Shown: positions 10,872-20,003 of the stretch, one piece after another | Layout of the letters: each line of letters starts with the position of its first letter | Position numbering within the stretch: the stretch's first letter is position 1 | Source: Thermoproteota archaeon | GTDB lineage: Archaea; Asgardarchaeota; Njordarchaeia; Njordarchaeales; Panguiarchaeaceae | Length of the DNA: 64,000 nucleotides | Direction of reading: 5' to 3' | Assembly: GCA_024720975.1 (NCBI GenBank) | Contig: JANJXX010000002.1 | Coordinates: forward strand, 128,001 to 192,000 | Program-made: the position numbers and the translations under genes | The notes under the pieces: model-generated | Seen by the model: only the letters and a program-made list of their open reading frames with translations | Told to the model about the DNA's origin: nothing | Database searches by the model: none

Positions 10872-11861
10872 CTATTTCATGCCCGCGAGTTTAAGAAGAT
10901 ATTCCCAATCCCTGTCGACTTTTCTTTGAATTTCACTTATTATGTCATCTCTTCTAGTAGGTGTGAATAGATGACTAAAGCGTCCTTGTAACTTTAAGTA
11001 CTCCTCCACAGGAACCTTTTTCTCCGGGTTTCGAGCGATTTCAAGAGATTTATCTGTTATCCTGTACTCCTTATTCTCAGGATCAAATTCCCAGAGCGGA
11101 TGAAGGCATGTTTCCGTCGCTAACCTTGAGACGGTCATTGTTATTTTTGAACTATGATACCAACCCCTTGGACAAATTGATATCGCATGAATAAACGCGG
11201 GGCCATTATACTCAGCAGCGACTCTGACCTTCTTAACGAAGTCGATCCAGAAGTATGGATTTGCTGTTGCAACGTACGCATTGCCGTGTGCAGCGATTAT
11301 AAATCCGATTGGTTTTTTCCACTCCAATTTTCCAGGAATCACTACTCCTGCGGGGGTTGTAGTAGTCTGAGCAAACTGCGGCGTTGAGGAACATCTCTGA
11401 ATTCCAGTGTTCATGTATGCTTCATTATCATACAGAATGTAAACGAATTTGTGACCTCGCTCGACCGCACCACTTAGTGATTGTAGGCCGATATCATAAG
11501 TCCCACCATCACCACCAAAAACTAGGACTATAGGCAGATCATCTTTCCATACTGCCTTGGCTTTCAGAGCCTTGAATGCAGCTTCGATGCCCGAGGCAGT
11601 GGCAGCAGCATTTTCAAATGCATTGTGTATCCATGGTCGCTTCCAGGAGGTATATGGGTATATCGTACTTGCTACTTCAAGGCAGCCAGTAGCATTCACG
11701 ATGACTACATTTTCAGGATTAGGTAATGCTTTTAATGCTAACTTTACTATTACTGGAGCGGCACAACCTGCACACATTCTATGACCTGAGATGAAGTAGT
11801 CAGGTTTCTTAGCGAGTTCTATCGGTATCGGAGTCCACTTTAAATCTTTCACTCCTACCAT
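10872..11861 (-). CDS. porB: Pyruvate/2-ketoisovalerate:ferredoxin oxidoreductase beta subunit
   Basis: GHRMCAGC, NATGCLEV, GGDGGTYDIG TPP motif, DNEAYMNTGIQ. Confidence 0.95.
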   Translation of the reverse strand: MVGVKDLKWTPIPIELAKKPDYFISGHRMCAGCAAPVIVKLALKALPNPENVVIVNATGCLEVASTIYPYTSWKRPWIHNAFENAAATASGIEAAFKALKAKAVWKDDLPIVLVFGGDGGTYDIGLQSLSGAVERGHKFVYILYDNEAYMNTGIQRCSSTPQFAQTTTTPAGVVIPGKLEWKKPIGFIIAAHGNAYVATANPYFWIDFVKKVRVAAEYNGPAFIHAISICPRGWYHSSKITMTVSRLATETCLHPLWEFDPENKEYRITDKSLEIARNPEKKVPVEEYLKLQGRFSHLFTPTRRDDIISEIQRKVDRDWEYLLKLAGMK

Positions 11862-11874
11862 CTTACACCACCAT

Positions 11875-13113
11875 TCATTCTCTGACTCCGATGTATTTTT
11901 TAATGAACGGTTTCTCCTTACCTTCTTTTATTCGGATTAGTTCCTCAAAGGTTTTCTCAGCAAGCTCAGGTGTTAAGTCTCTTCCACCAAGACCGAATAT
12001 ATATGTGACTGTATTCTTAGGTCTATTTTTCGAATAGTACAAAGCTGATAGGACCTCAAGAGACAAGGGGCCCACCATAGCACCTGCATCTTGGGCTCTA
12101 TCAAACACAGCAACGACTTCTTTATTCTCAAGTAACTTTTGAACCTCTTCCCACGGAAATGGTCTAAACATGCGCACTTTGAGTATACCTATCTTAGTCC
12201 CCCTCTCTCTATACTTTCGAGCAACCCATCTTAGCGTTCCTGCAGCGCTACCCATAACAACTGCAACTATATCAGCATCATCTACATTCCAGGGAACTAA
12301 ACGACCATTTCCATATAGTCTTCCGCTTAACTCGTAATACTCTTTGTTGACTCTTTCGACGATCTCTGGGACTGCTTTCATCGCTTCAATTTGTTGTCTC
12401 TTAAACTCAAAGTAGTAGTCATAATAGCAGAATGGCCCGAAGGTTAAGGGTATCTTATTCCTAGGATTTAATGACAGTTCTACCTCCTCACCCATAAGCT
12501 TTATTCTGGCCACAGGTCTTACTTCTCCCACGAAATCTTTAACAATTTTAGGATTTCCAAAGACTTTAAGATTCATCGCCGTATGCGATACTAAGAAGCC
12601 ATCCAGACATACCATTGTTGGAAGGAGGACGTCAGGGTTCTCGGAAATTTTAAAAGCTTGAATTGTTGTGTCGTAGGCTTCTTGCGCGTCCTCAGTAAAA
12701 AGCATTATCCAGCCAGCATCGCGCTGACCCATGGCATCAGTATGATCACAGTGTATGTTAATTGGTCCAGAAACAGCTCTATTAGCGACAGCCATCATAA
12801 CAGGAAGTCTCATAGATGAAACTATGTAGAGAATTTCGTGCATGAGTTGAAGTCCATTGGCCGCTGTAGCAGTCGCCGTTCTCGCACCCGCAGCTGCTGC
12901 ACCAACCATTGCAGAGATTGCGCTATGCTCGCTCTCAACATTTATAAACTGCGTTCTAACTTCGCCATTTGCAACAAACTCTGCAAATTTCTCCACAATA
13001 AGTGTCTGGGGAGTTATAGGAAATGCCGCTACAACGTCCGGCTCTACATGCTTCCAGGCCCATGCAACTGCAAAATCTCCGTTCAAGAGCATCTCTACTT
13101 GTTCTTCAACCAT
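11875..13113 (-). CDS. porA: Pyruvate/2-ketoisovalerate:ferredoxin oxidoreductase alpha subunit
   Basis: AFPITPQT, ESEHSA, NRAVSGPINIHCDH; ATG 13113 after GGTGA. Confidence 0.95.
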   Translation of the reverse strand: MVEEQVEMLLNGDFAVAWAWKHVEPDVVAAFPITPQTLIVEKFAEFVANGEVRTQFINVESEHSAISAMVGAAAAGARTATATAANGLQLMHEILYIVSSMRLPVMMAVANRAVSGPINIHCDHTDAMGQRDAGWIMLFTEDAQEAYDTTIQAFKISENPDVLLPTMVCLDGFLVSHTAMNLKVFGNPKIVKDFVGEVRPVARIKLMGEEVELSLNPRNKIPLTFGPFCYYDYYFEFKRQQIEAMKAVPEIVERVNKEYYELSGRLYGNGRLVPWNVDDADIVAVVMGSAAGTLRWVARKYRERGTKIGILKVRMFRPFPWEEVQKLLENKEVVAVFDRAQDAGAMVGPLSLEVLSALYYSKNRPKNTVTYIFGLGGRDLTPELAEKTFEELIRIKEGKEKPFIKKYIGVRE

Positions 13114-13118
13114 GAATA

Positions 13119-13421
13119 TCACCTTTTCTCAAGCTCCATATTTATTGCTTTTACCGGACAAACTTCAGCACAAATGCCACATCCTTTGCAAAATTCATAA
13201 TCAACCTCAACCTTTTCAGGCCTGGAACCATCAGACGTCCAGTTGATTTTTATTGACATCTCAGGACAATATATGTAGCAGAATAGACACTTTACGCACT
13301 TATTATGATTGATAATTGGTCTCTCACTGCGCCAATCTCCTGTCTTGTACTCTGTAGAGAACTTCCAGGGTATGCCAGCAATTGGAATCTCATGCCACTT
13401 TTTAAGCTCCCCACCACTCAC
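13119..13421 (-). CDS. porD: Pyruvate:ferredoxin oxidoreductase delta subunit (2x[4Fe-4S])
   Basis: TGDWR, CVKCLFCYIYCP, CKGCGICAEVCP. Confidence 0.95.
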   Translation of the reverse strand: MSGGELKKWHEIPIAGIPWKFSTEYKTGDWRSERPIINHNKCVKCLFCYIYCPEMSIKINWTSDGSRPEKVEVDYEFCKGCGICAEVCPVKAINMELEKR

Positions 13422-14017
13422 TCTCCTCTCACCTCTTTATATGCCCTTTCAACAGCATCGATATTACCCTTTACAATAGCCTCAGAATACCTACCACCTA
13501 AGACTTCTCTGACAGCATAGATTAAATCATTGAGAGATAAATACTTCACTCCTAGCTCCTCAAGAACTTTGATAACACTTCCTAGTATCGCCGTGTTCGC
13601 TATGGGTCTTTTTAGAGTTTCTAAGGCTATTCTGGTCCCATCCACGGTATAGATCTTAACGCTTTCCGGAATCCCAAGCTTTTTCTTGAGTTCGGCTGGA
13701 CTTTCGGAAGTATTAATCACAATAGCACCCTTATCCCTAATGAAATCCTTTGCCATATGCGATAAAGTACCATCAACTACTGCAACAATCTCAGCCTGCG
13801 TTATTCCAGCGTGAATTTCAATCGGTTTATCGTGAATTCGAGCGTAAGCTTTCACGGGCGCACCCGAGCGCTCTGGGCCAAATTCTGGAAATGACTGCGC
13901 ATACTTTCCAGCGCGCAAAGCCGCTTGAGCGATCAGTATACTACTTGTCCACGCACCCTGTCCACCACGGGCTAGAAATACGATCTCAAATGGCTTATCT
14001 TCCTGCATTTTGTACAA
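13418..14017 (-). CDS. porC: Pyruvate:ferredoxin oxidoreductase gamma subunit (true start likely ATG 14008)
   Basis: RGGQGA, FPEFGPERSGAPV, NTAILG. Confidence 0.94.
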   Translation of the reverse strand: MYKMQEDKPFEIVFLARGGQGAWTSSILIAQAALRAGKYAQSFPEFGPERSGAPVKAYARIHDKPIEIHAGITQAEIVAVVDGTLSHMAKDFIRDKGAIVINTSESPAELKKKLGIPESVKIYTVDGTRIALETLKRPIANTAILGSVIKVLEELGVKYLSLNDLIYAVREVLGGRYSEAIVKGNIDAVERAYKEVRGE

Positions 14018-14248
14018 ACCTTTAGAACGTTCCAGTGAACTAAGAAAAAATTCGACTATTATTATCTAACAATATATAAAAGCCGCCTCAATGAGGGCCC
14101 ATTAACCTTGCTTAGTATGTCAAGCATATTAAAGATTAGTGGCTTCTAACATTGCAAATGCGTCTAGGCATTTGGGGCTAAGAGGCTTGGCCTATCAACC
14201 GAAGAGAAGATACTATGCAGAACCGTTTGGTAATATTAATCTGAGAGA

Positions 14249-14331
14249 TGCGGGGGGCGGGATTCGAACCCGCGTAGGCATTCGCCACAGGGTCCTCAAC
14301 CCTGCCCGTTTGACCACTCCGGAACCCCCGC
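14249..14331 (-). tRNA. tRNA-Leu(GAG)
   Basis: GCGGGGG acceptor, CAGGG-TTGAGGA-CCCTG anticodon arm, long variable arm, GGTTCGAATCC T-arm, A73. Confidence 0.96.
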
Positions 14332-14406
14332 ATGTCGTTAAAAGCTTGAGTAAGATTTATATCAAACCCAAGCTTAAATTTATGAAAGCATTAGTTATTT
14401 AAAATA

Positions 14407-16911
14407 GTGCACTTTCATGCATGTTGCTTCGCCTTTATCGAACTTCCCTCATACCACTCTAAGGGGTCCTGCTTGGTTTCTAAAAGTTTTGAGCTCATTA
14501 AATACCTGTTAGGGGACGACATTATAACTGAAATCGAACACGGCACACACAGGAAAAAAATAGCTATGAAGCTCTTAGATAATTTACACCTTCTAAGGCT
14601 ATTTCCACCTCTTAGGGATCTTCTTCCTGCTCTTGCAGCATCTCTCTTCGAGCCCCCTACTCATAGATTAACCCTCATAGAAAAATTTATAATAGAAAGA
14701 GGGCTACTCTCACGAGTATGGATTAAGGATACAGCCACCGAAGAACTCCTTGGAAAGACCATTAAATTAATACAAGATCTTAGTCATGATACCCTGCTGA
14801 AGATATTGGCTGTGATCATGAAGAACTACGCTACAACAAGCGAACTAGAATCGCGACTCGATCATCTTATTGATATGACTTTTACTCTGTATGCTCGCGC
14901 AGGGAAGTTCGATCTAACCGCACCCAAACTTTTTCCATCACCAAAATTTTTATCAGAAATTACAAAGTGCAAAGAACTTGAGGCAAATCCTGATGAAATT
15001 ATTAACGAGGCTATAAGGACTACATGCAGAATCCTGCCCAAGCGTCTGCTTAGTTATTTGGACTTTGCACTCAGAATCTTAACTGGTATAAGCTTGAGGG
15101 AGCTATCTTCAAATACTATATCTAAGTTACTCTTTAGTGAACGATTGGAAGCCATAAAGATTGTATGCATCATCGCGATGCTATACGCCGGATCTTTTTC
15201 TCCTGATAGATTAAGAGAACAAATCAGGCTAAGCCTGTTAGAGTTTCTCATTCGGGAATACATTACATCCAACGACAACATGGTTCATGGCTGGCTAATC
15301 TCGTTACTGTTAACGGTGAGCGCATCTAGAGAAGAGCTACTTAACCTTCTAACAATATATAAGCTCGCTTCAGTCCATGGAGGAAAAGTAATGCTAAGGC
15401 TTCTCGAAACATTATTCGAAAACTCTAATGCCTACCTAATTGCTTGCATGCTAATGCTCTTAACTGCACATCACAACGATGAACTAGAGGCCATAAGCTC
15501 ACTTGCAATTTCAAGAAACAGTACTAGACTTAGGCTTATTAACAGCATACTCATTAAATCCGATCTTAAACCTCACGGATTGACTGCACCTATCCCCTGG
15601 GAGCTATATGGTTCCATCGATAAACTCCTTAGAAGTTGTAAATCAGCGATTACATATTACAAAAATTTATACATCCAGCCACCAAGAAACTTATTAAGAC
15701 TTGACAAATTTCTAGAAAGTGCGAATAACATGATAAACCTCGAGCTTGAGGAGACAACCAACATAGAGGAACTCAAGCAGAAACTTGAACTTACGCTAGA
15801 AACTCTAAGTAGAGGTTATGCTTTCACTAGTGAAATGATAAGAACCTTTGGAATGCTGCCAGGATTCTTCCAAACAATTAATGCTGTAAGGAACACCTGT
15901 AAAAAGCTTAGCGATAGGTGGGAATACACACTTACAAAGGACTATCTAAATTTAGTCACCAAGCATCGAGATTTGTTCACGATATCATCTCTTGATGCTG
16001 TTCAAAGGGAACAGGAACCTATAATCTCCTTAATTATTGATGGCCTCCGCTTCGATGATCTAATTTTGCGGTTACTACCTAAGCTTAAAAAGCGCGGCTT
16101 TAGACTCATACAGGGGGGAGCGAAAATCTCTTTGCTACCATCAATAACGACGGTATCAAGACGAGCTATAATATCTGGAGAACTTCCCCAGCTGCTAGCC
16201 TTCTCTAAAACATCCCTAAAGAGAGAAGACGAAATCCTACTGGGTAGATTCGGACAAAATATCGAGTCTTACTACGGACCAGTGGCAACTGTTTATAGCA
16301 AATTCTCAGAAAGAGAGTATCACTCAAACAAAGTGTTCATAGTACTCAGTGAGCTCGAAAAATCTATGCACGGATCATCAGAAAAAATCCTAGCACATTT
16401 CGTGGATGAATATCTACATAGTATCGTTGAACTGATAATGTATCTAGTAACATCGATTACAAGAAAGCATAAAAAGATACGGATTCTTATATGTTCAGAT
16501 CATGGTCTAAGCGCATTTGTGAAGTTTTATGACTTATCAATTTTCCTAGAAAAGCTAACAAACAAAAAACTCACTGATCCTTCATTGGAGCCGCTAATCA
16601 AGGAACGATTTGCCCTCATTCCATTAAGAAACCCGCAACAGATATTAGAAGCCCAGCAAATTTACAGTTCCGAGGAAGAGTTTCGATACTCGTTTTGGTT
16701 ATTACCTGCAGATAGTCTTGGCTTCAAGGAAATAGAGTTTTATCTGAAAGGAACGAAGACTCTAGCGAAAACTTGTCCCTCATCAAGAGTTGTAATAATA
16801 TTTCCGAAGGGCGACAGGAAACTTATAAGTGGTAAGGGCGCCATATATCACGGAGGTTTATCACCGGATGAAACATTTAGCGCCTATGCCTTACTCTCTT
16901 ATGATGCTTAA
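14407..16911 (+). CDS. Large protein with Leu-rich helical N-terminus and C-terminal PglZ (alkaline-phosphatase superfamily) domain; start may be TTG 14473
   Basis: IIDGLRFDD, SLLPSITTVSRRAIISG, ICSDHG, YHGGLSPDE match PglZ/PorX motifs. Confidence 0.8.
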   Translation: MHFHACCFAFIELPSYHSKGSCLVSKSFELIKYLLGDDIITEIEHGTHRKKIAMKLLDNLHLLRLFPPLRDLLPALAASLFEPPTHRLTLIEKFIIERGLLSRVWIKDTATEELLGKTIKLIQDLSHDTLLKILAVIMKNYATTSELESRLDHLIDMTFTLYARAGKFDLTAPKLFPSPKFLSEITKCKELEANPDEIINEAIRTTCRILPKRLLSYLDFALRILTGISLRELSSNTISKLLFSERLEAIKIVCIIAMLYAGSFSPDRLREQIRLSLLEFLIREYITSNDNMVHGWLISLLLTVSASREELLNLLTIYKLASVHGGKVMLRLLETLFENSNAYLIACMLMLLTAHHNDELEAISSLAISRNSTRLRLINSILIKSDLKPHGLTAPIPWELYGSIDKLLRSCKSAITYYKNLYIQPPRNLLRLDKFLESANNMINLELEETTNIEELKQKLELTLETLSRGYAFTSEMIRTFGMLPGFFQTINAVRNTCKKLSDRWEYTLTKDYLNLVTKHRDLFTISSLDAVQREQEPIISLIIDGLRFDDLILRLLPKLKKRGFRLIQGGAKISLLPSITTVSRRAIISGELPQLLAFSKTSLKREDEILLGRFGQNIESYYGPVATVYSKFSEREYHSNKVFIVLSELEKSMHGSSEKILAHFVDEYLHSIVELIMYLVTSITRKHKKIRILICSDHGLSAFVKFYDLSIFLEKLTNKKLTDPSLEPLIKERFALIPLRNPQQILEAQQIYSSEEEFRYSFWLLPADSLGFKEIEFYLKGTKTLAKTCPSSRVVIIFPKGDRKLISGKGAIYHGGLSPDETFSAYALLSYDA

Positions 16912-17203
16912 ATCCGCCTTTGGGTTTCTCTTTTTCAGCACCCTCCGTTTTTACAGTCTTCTTGAGTTTTGATATCAGGGAGATTATATCTTTGAGAACA
17001 TAGCGCGCACTTTCGCTAAGACCACTTTCAGCTGATACAAGAAGCTTTAGAGCAGCATCTATGACCTCTCCACCACATTTGTTACGTTTTACATAACCCT
17101 CAAGTGTATGAACACATCTATAGGCACTAATGGAGTCGCCGTCTCTTAATGCATTTATAATGTCCCCAGCAAGCCCAAGGACGAGCCTCTCCTCACATGT
17201 CAC
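16877..17203 (-). CDS. Hypothetical helical protein with basic C-terminal tail
   Basis: GTGA start/stop overlap with pop5; 108-aa ORF. Confidence 0.6.
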   Translation of the reverse strand: MTCEERLVLGLAGDIINALRDGDSISAYRCVHTLEGYVKRNKCGGEVIDAALKLLVSAESGLSESARYVLKDIISLISKLKKTVKTEGAEKEKPKGGFKHHKRVRHRR

Positions 17204-17568
17204 CTAGCAACACCATTAGCAGCTTTTAAGAATTCAATAAAGAGTTTCCGTGCGTTTAGTTCTTCCTTAAGCTTTCTGTATGTACCGGAACAGTACAAAT
17301 CATTAAGAATAACCGGTGTTCCCTTGATTTCTCTGAGCAAACCTAAAGCCGTTCTGAGACGCCTCAAGTCTTCACTTAAGCACTTTATTATGACCAAGCC
17401 TCGCTGTTCATCAAAGTCCTCAATATTAAAGATAACATCATAAAATGATCCAAATAGTTCGTATATCTTACGCTTAAGCTCCGCAACGAACTCATCCTTT
17501 GTTATGGTTCTGCTAGTTATAATCTCTAAAGCTAGCCATCTGTACTTTCTCCTAATCAAAGAAAACAC
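17200..17568 (-). CDS. rnp2: RNase P protein Pop5/Rpp14 (component 2)
   Basis: RRKYRWLALEI, ELFGSF, GLVIIKC, SGTYRKL. Confidence 0.88.
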   Translation of the reverse strand: MFSLIRRKYRWLALEIITSRTITKDEFVAELKRKIYELFGSFYDVIFNIEDFDEQRGLVIIKCLSEDLRRLRTALGLLREIKGTPVILNDLYCSGTYRKLKEELNARKLFIEFLKAANGVAR

Positions 17569-17636
17569 CTAACAGAGACTTATAATAATTACTAAACAAA
17601 CAAGAAATTTGCAATTTTCGAGATGTAGATAATAAA

Positions 17637-18551
17637 TTACAGGCTAGTCATTAAACTGAGAGAAAGCGCGGCCAAGAGAGGAAAGAGTATGTTATCATTA
17701 ATTGTTATGCGAGAAGCACCATTTATAAAATCAAGTATCGCCACTATTAAAGACGCCGGTATGGCAATCCACCCCACGATGAGATAGCCAGCAAGAGAAC
17801 CTGTGATGAAGTTCGCTAAGAATCCTTCCAAACTCCTATCGTTTAGTGCTATTCTTCTGCACTTCTTACCGATTATACATGCAGCCAAGTCAGCTAAAAA
17901 TGCAATGGCTATTGCTGCAGCAACTATATCATCATGAGGAAAGAATAACAACGCAACAAGATAAACTGCCGCTGCTGAATATAAATATGAAGCCAATTGA
18001 TTAAGTTCTTTCTCCCTTAACAATACACCAAAAATCGCAGGTTTATAATTGAGTCTCAAAAACTCAATAAAAGTAAACAGCATCAATAGCGCAAGCGCAA
18101 CGGCAAACAACAAAAGACACAAAAAGCCCTCATCCCGCTTTGTAATGAATATCCCAAATGTTGCATATGTACCATCAATGACAAAATTGTATATTTGACG
18201 GTAAAGATGTTTTGGAACAAATAATGCTAGGGCAATTAAATGAAAAGTCTTACGCTTAACTTCATCAATATATGTTTTATTATTTACTACTTTTATCTCG
18301 ACGCGTCCTGTAGCAAATGTTATGAAAATAACTATAAGAATCACGACTGGCAATATAAAGGCAGCAGCGATAGCTAGAAAATATTCCTCTGCCGGCGTGA
18401 ATGGATTCATTCGAATAATATAAAGCAACCCCCACATCATGAGACCTACCAGAAACGCTTCACTTTGAATGCTAGCATGCTTCTTTAGGGCTATGTAGCT
18501 TATAATCGCTGTCATTAGAACTTGAGCCAGTATTAGAAACACTACTTGCAC
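17637..18551 (-). CDS. CTP-dependent polyprenol/diacylglycerol kinase family membrane protein (dolichol/phytol kinase-like)
   Basis: KRKTFHL, EFLRL, LREKE, DLAACIIGK, RSLEG, NDN motifs; multiple TM segments. Confidence 0.85.
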   Translation of the reverse strand: MQVVFLILAQVLMTAIISYIALKKHASIQSEAFLVGLMMWGLLYIIRMNPFTPAEEYFLAIAAAFILPVVILIVIFITFATGRVEIKVVNNKTYIDEVKRKTFHLIALALFVPKHLYRQIYNFVIDGTYATFGIFITKRDEGFLCLLLFAVALALLMLFTFIEFLRLNYKPAIFGVLLREKELNQLASYLYSAAAVYLVALLFFPHDDIVAAAIAIAFLADLAACIIGKKCRRIALNDRSLEGFLANFITGSLAGYLIVGWIAIPASLIVAILDFINGASRITINDNILFPLLAALSLSLMTSL

Positions 18552-18671
18552 CAGGTCAACAGTAGCGGCTAAAACTTATCCAAAGGTTTAAAAGTAAAGT
18601 CGGGGATTGCGTGATAAAGTCGAATTAGTAAATCTTAATCGTACATAATAAAGGAATATAAAAACCCAATA

Positions 18672-18953
18672 CTATACAATACTTTTTATAGCCTCTACGA
18701 TTCGCTTTCCCCTGTCTGTTATCCTTATTGTCCATGCATTAACTCTTGGAGTTATCTTCTTTACAGCAATTCTAACAAGACCAACTTCAGCCAGGAGTAA
18801 AACTGCCTTTCTCACTGCTTTATACTTTGAAAAGCCCAAGTGAATCAATATGTCAGTGAGCTTCATTTCCCCGTATTTGTCTAGGAGGTATAGCACTAAT
18901 ACTGAAAATGGCGAAGAGAGTGCTTGTAGTATAAGCTCTAGACTCAAATACAA
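18672..18953 (-). CDS. Winged helix-turn-helix DNA-binding protein (ArsR/MarR-like)
   Basis: VLYLLDKYGEMKLTDI...LAEVGLV...ITDRGK wHTH pattern. Confidence 0.8.
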   Translation of the reverse strand: MYLSLELILQALSSPFSVLVLYLLDKYGEMKLTDILIHLGFSKYKAVRKAVLLLAEVGLVRIAVKKITPRVNAWTIRITDRGKRIVEAIKSIV

Positions 18954-19265
18954 CCCCCAATAATCATAGAGTAAAAATAGTTAGAAAGACTTAAAAACGT
19001 AGAATACGAAACATGAGGCACTGCATTGACTCTAATAGATCCCAGAAAAACACAGAACTAAAGTCTCTTAATGTATACAATAAGACGATTTAATAATAGT
19101 CTGATACTGTGAATTTCACAAAAGGGTGTTTCAACCTATTACATTTAGCCAACAAAAATCATCAGTAAGCACCCTGTATAACAGACATCAACTTCACAAG
19201 TGCCACTTCCTGTGAACAAAACTTGTTAACTTTGCGAATCTATTGAACCTAGCTAGCATCGTTTC

Positions 19266-19285
19266 TCCAGTGGAAATGGGGGGTC
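19266..19285 (+). promoter_or_regulatory. Origin recognition box (ORB)
   Basis: TCCAGTGGAAATGGGGGGTC matches the archaeal ORB consensus TCCA-n3-GAAA plus G-string. Confidence 0.8.
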
Positions 19286-19396
19286 TTGAAAAAACAGACT
19301 AGAATCAGACTTTCAGAGACAATATAATTGCTAGAGGCATATCTGAAAGGCTCAACAGTTTCTACAAGAACTCAGTGACCCAAGTGAATCCCTGTA

Positions 19397-19418
19397 GACC
19401 CCTGGTCTTCCTATATAG
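19397..19418 (-). promoter_or_regulatory. Degenerate ORB, inverted relative to the 19266 box
   Basis: Reverse complement CTATATAGGAAGACCAGGGGTC (GGAA-n5-GGGGTC). Confidence 0.45.
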
Positions 19419-19625
19419 TTAATATCAACATATTTGTGAATCGTGCTGTTATACGTGAACTATACGCGAAGCATATCCTAGTTTCACATTCTCTAACTTC
19501 CAATAGTGAAGTTAACTATCCACCTAACAGCTTAGATTTTAGTTCCATGATTGAATGCTTCTTCTCTGTAGAAAGTCGTCTTTGGCGGGGCTTTTTGTTA
19601 TTGGTGTTCGGATGTTATTGGGTGC

Positions 19626-19646
19626 TTCAATGGAATTTAAGGGGTC
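19626..19646 (+). promoter_or_regulatory. Degenerate ORB
   Basis: TTCAATGGAATTTAAGGGGTC aligns with TCCAGTGGAAATGGGGGGTC. Confidence 0.55.
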
Positions 19647-19973
19647 ATCACATTCACTTGCGAAGATAGTTAGGTAAATAAGGATTCCTGTAAATTGCCC
19701 ATGGTGGGAGAATGTCGTTGTATTTGTCCTCAGCTGGTGCCATATGTAAGTCAAGTAGCAAAATTGTCTGATTAACTGCCGAAGTATGGCATTAATTGAT
19801 TTAGGAGACTTTCACTCGAGGATAAATTACTGACTCCTATTTCCCTAAAGTATTATCTACACTGCTTGCTCATGGTTTTGATTCTGTGAAAGTTAGATAG
19901 CTTAGCATATCTATTCGTGTATTCGTTGCGTATAACGTTCGATATACACTTCACTTTAATTTCACTGCATGAT

Positions 19974-19990
19974 GATTACCATTGGTAATC
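19974..19990. promoter_or_regulatory. Perfect 8-1-8 palindrome, candidate operator
   Basis: GATTACCA-T-TGGTAATC ending 13 bp upstream of the ATG at 20004. Confidence 0.5.
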
Positions 19991-20003
19991 TTGGTAGGAC
20001 TAG

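Larger units (their letters stand above)
19109..19965. repeat. Dispersed array of 14 GTGAA/TTCAC pentamers
   Basis: Starts at 19109, 19115, 19193, 19212, 19384, 19436, 19455, 19483, 19506, 19653, 19811, 19886, 19950, 19961. Confidence 0.7.
18960..20000. other. Putative replication origin (oriC)
   Basis: Longest intergenic gap in the window; three ORB-like boxes; by-eye C/A-rich to G/T-rich switch on the + strand. Confidence 0.7.

Noticed and set aside
14139-14402. ORFs overlapping tRNA genes (also 50093-50290 and 56285-56518)
   Set aside because: Explained by tRNA sequence
14249-16911. PglZ gene as cargo of an element integrated at tRNA-Leu
   Set aside because: Gene lies on the 5' side of the tRNA; no integrase and no duplicated tRNA 3' end
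19436-19754. Two short opposing ORFs (77 and 71 aa) in the long intergenic region
   Set aside because: No SD, atypical composition, overlap ORB-like boxes
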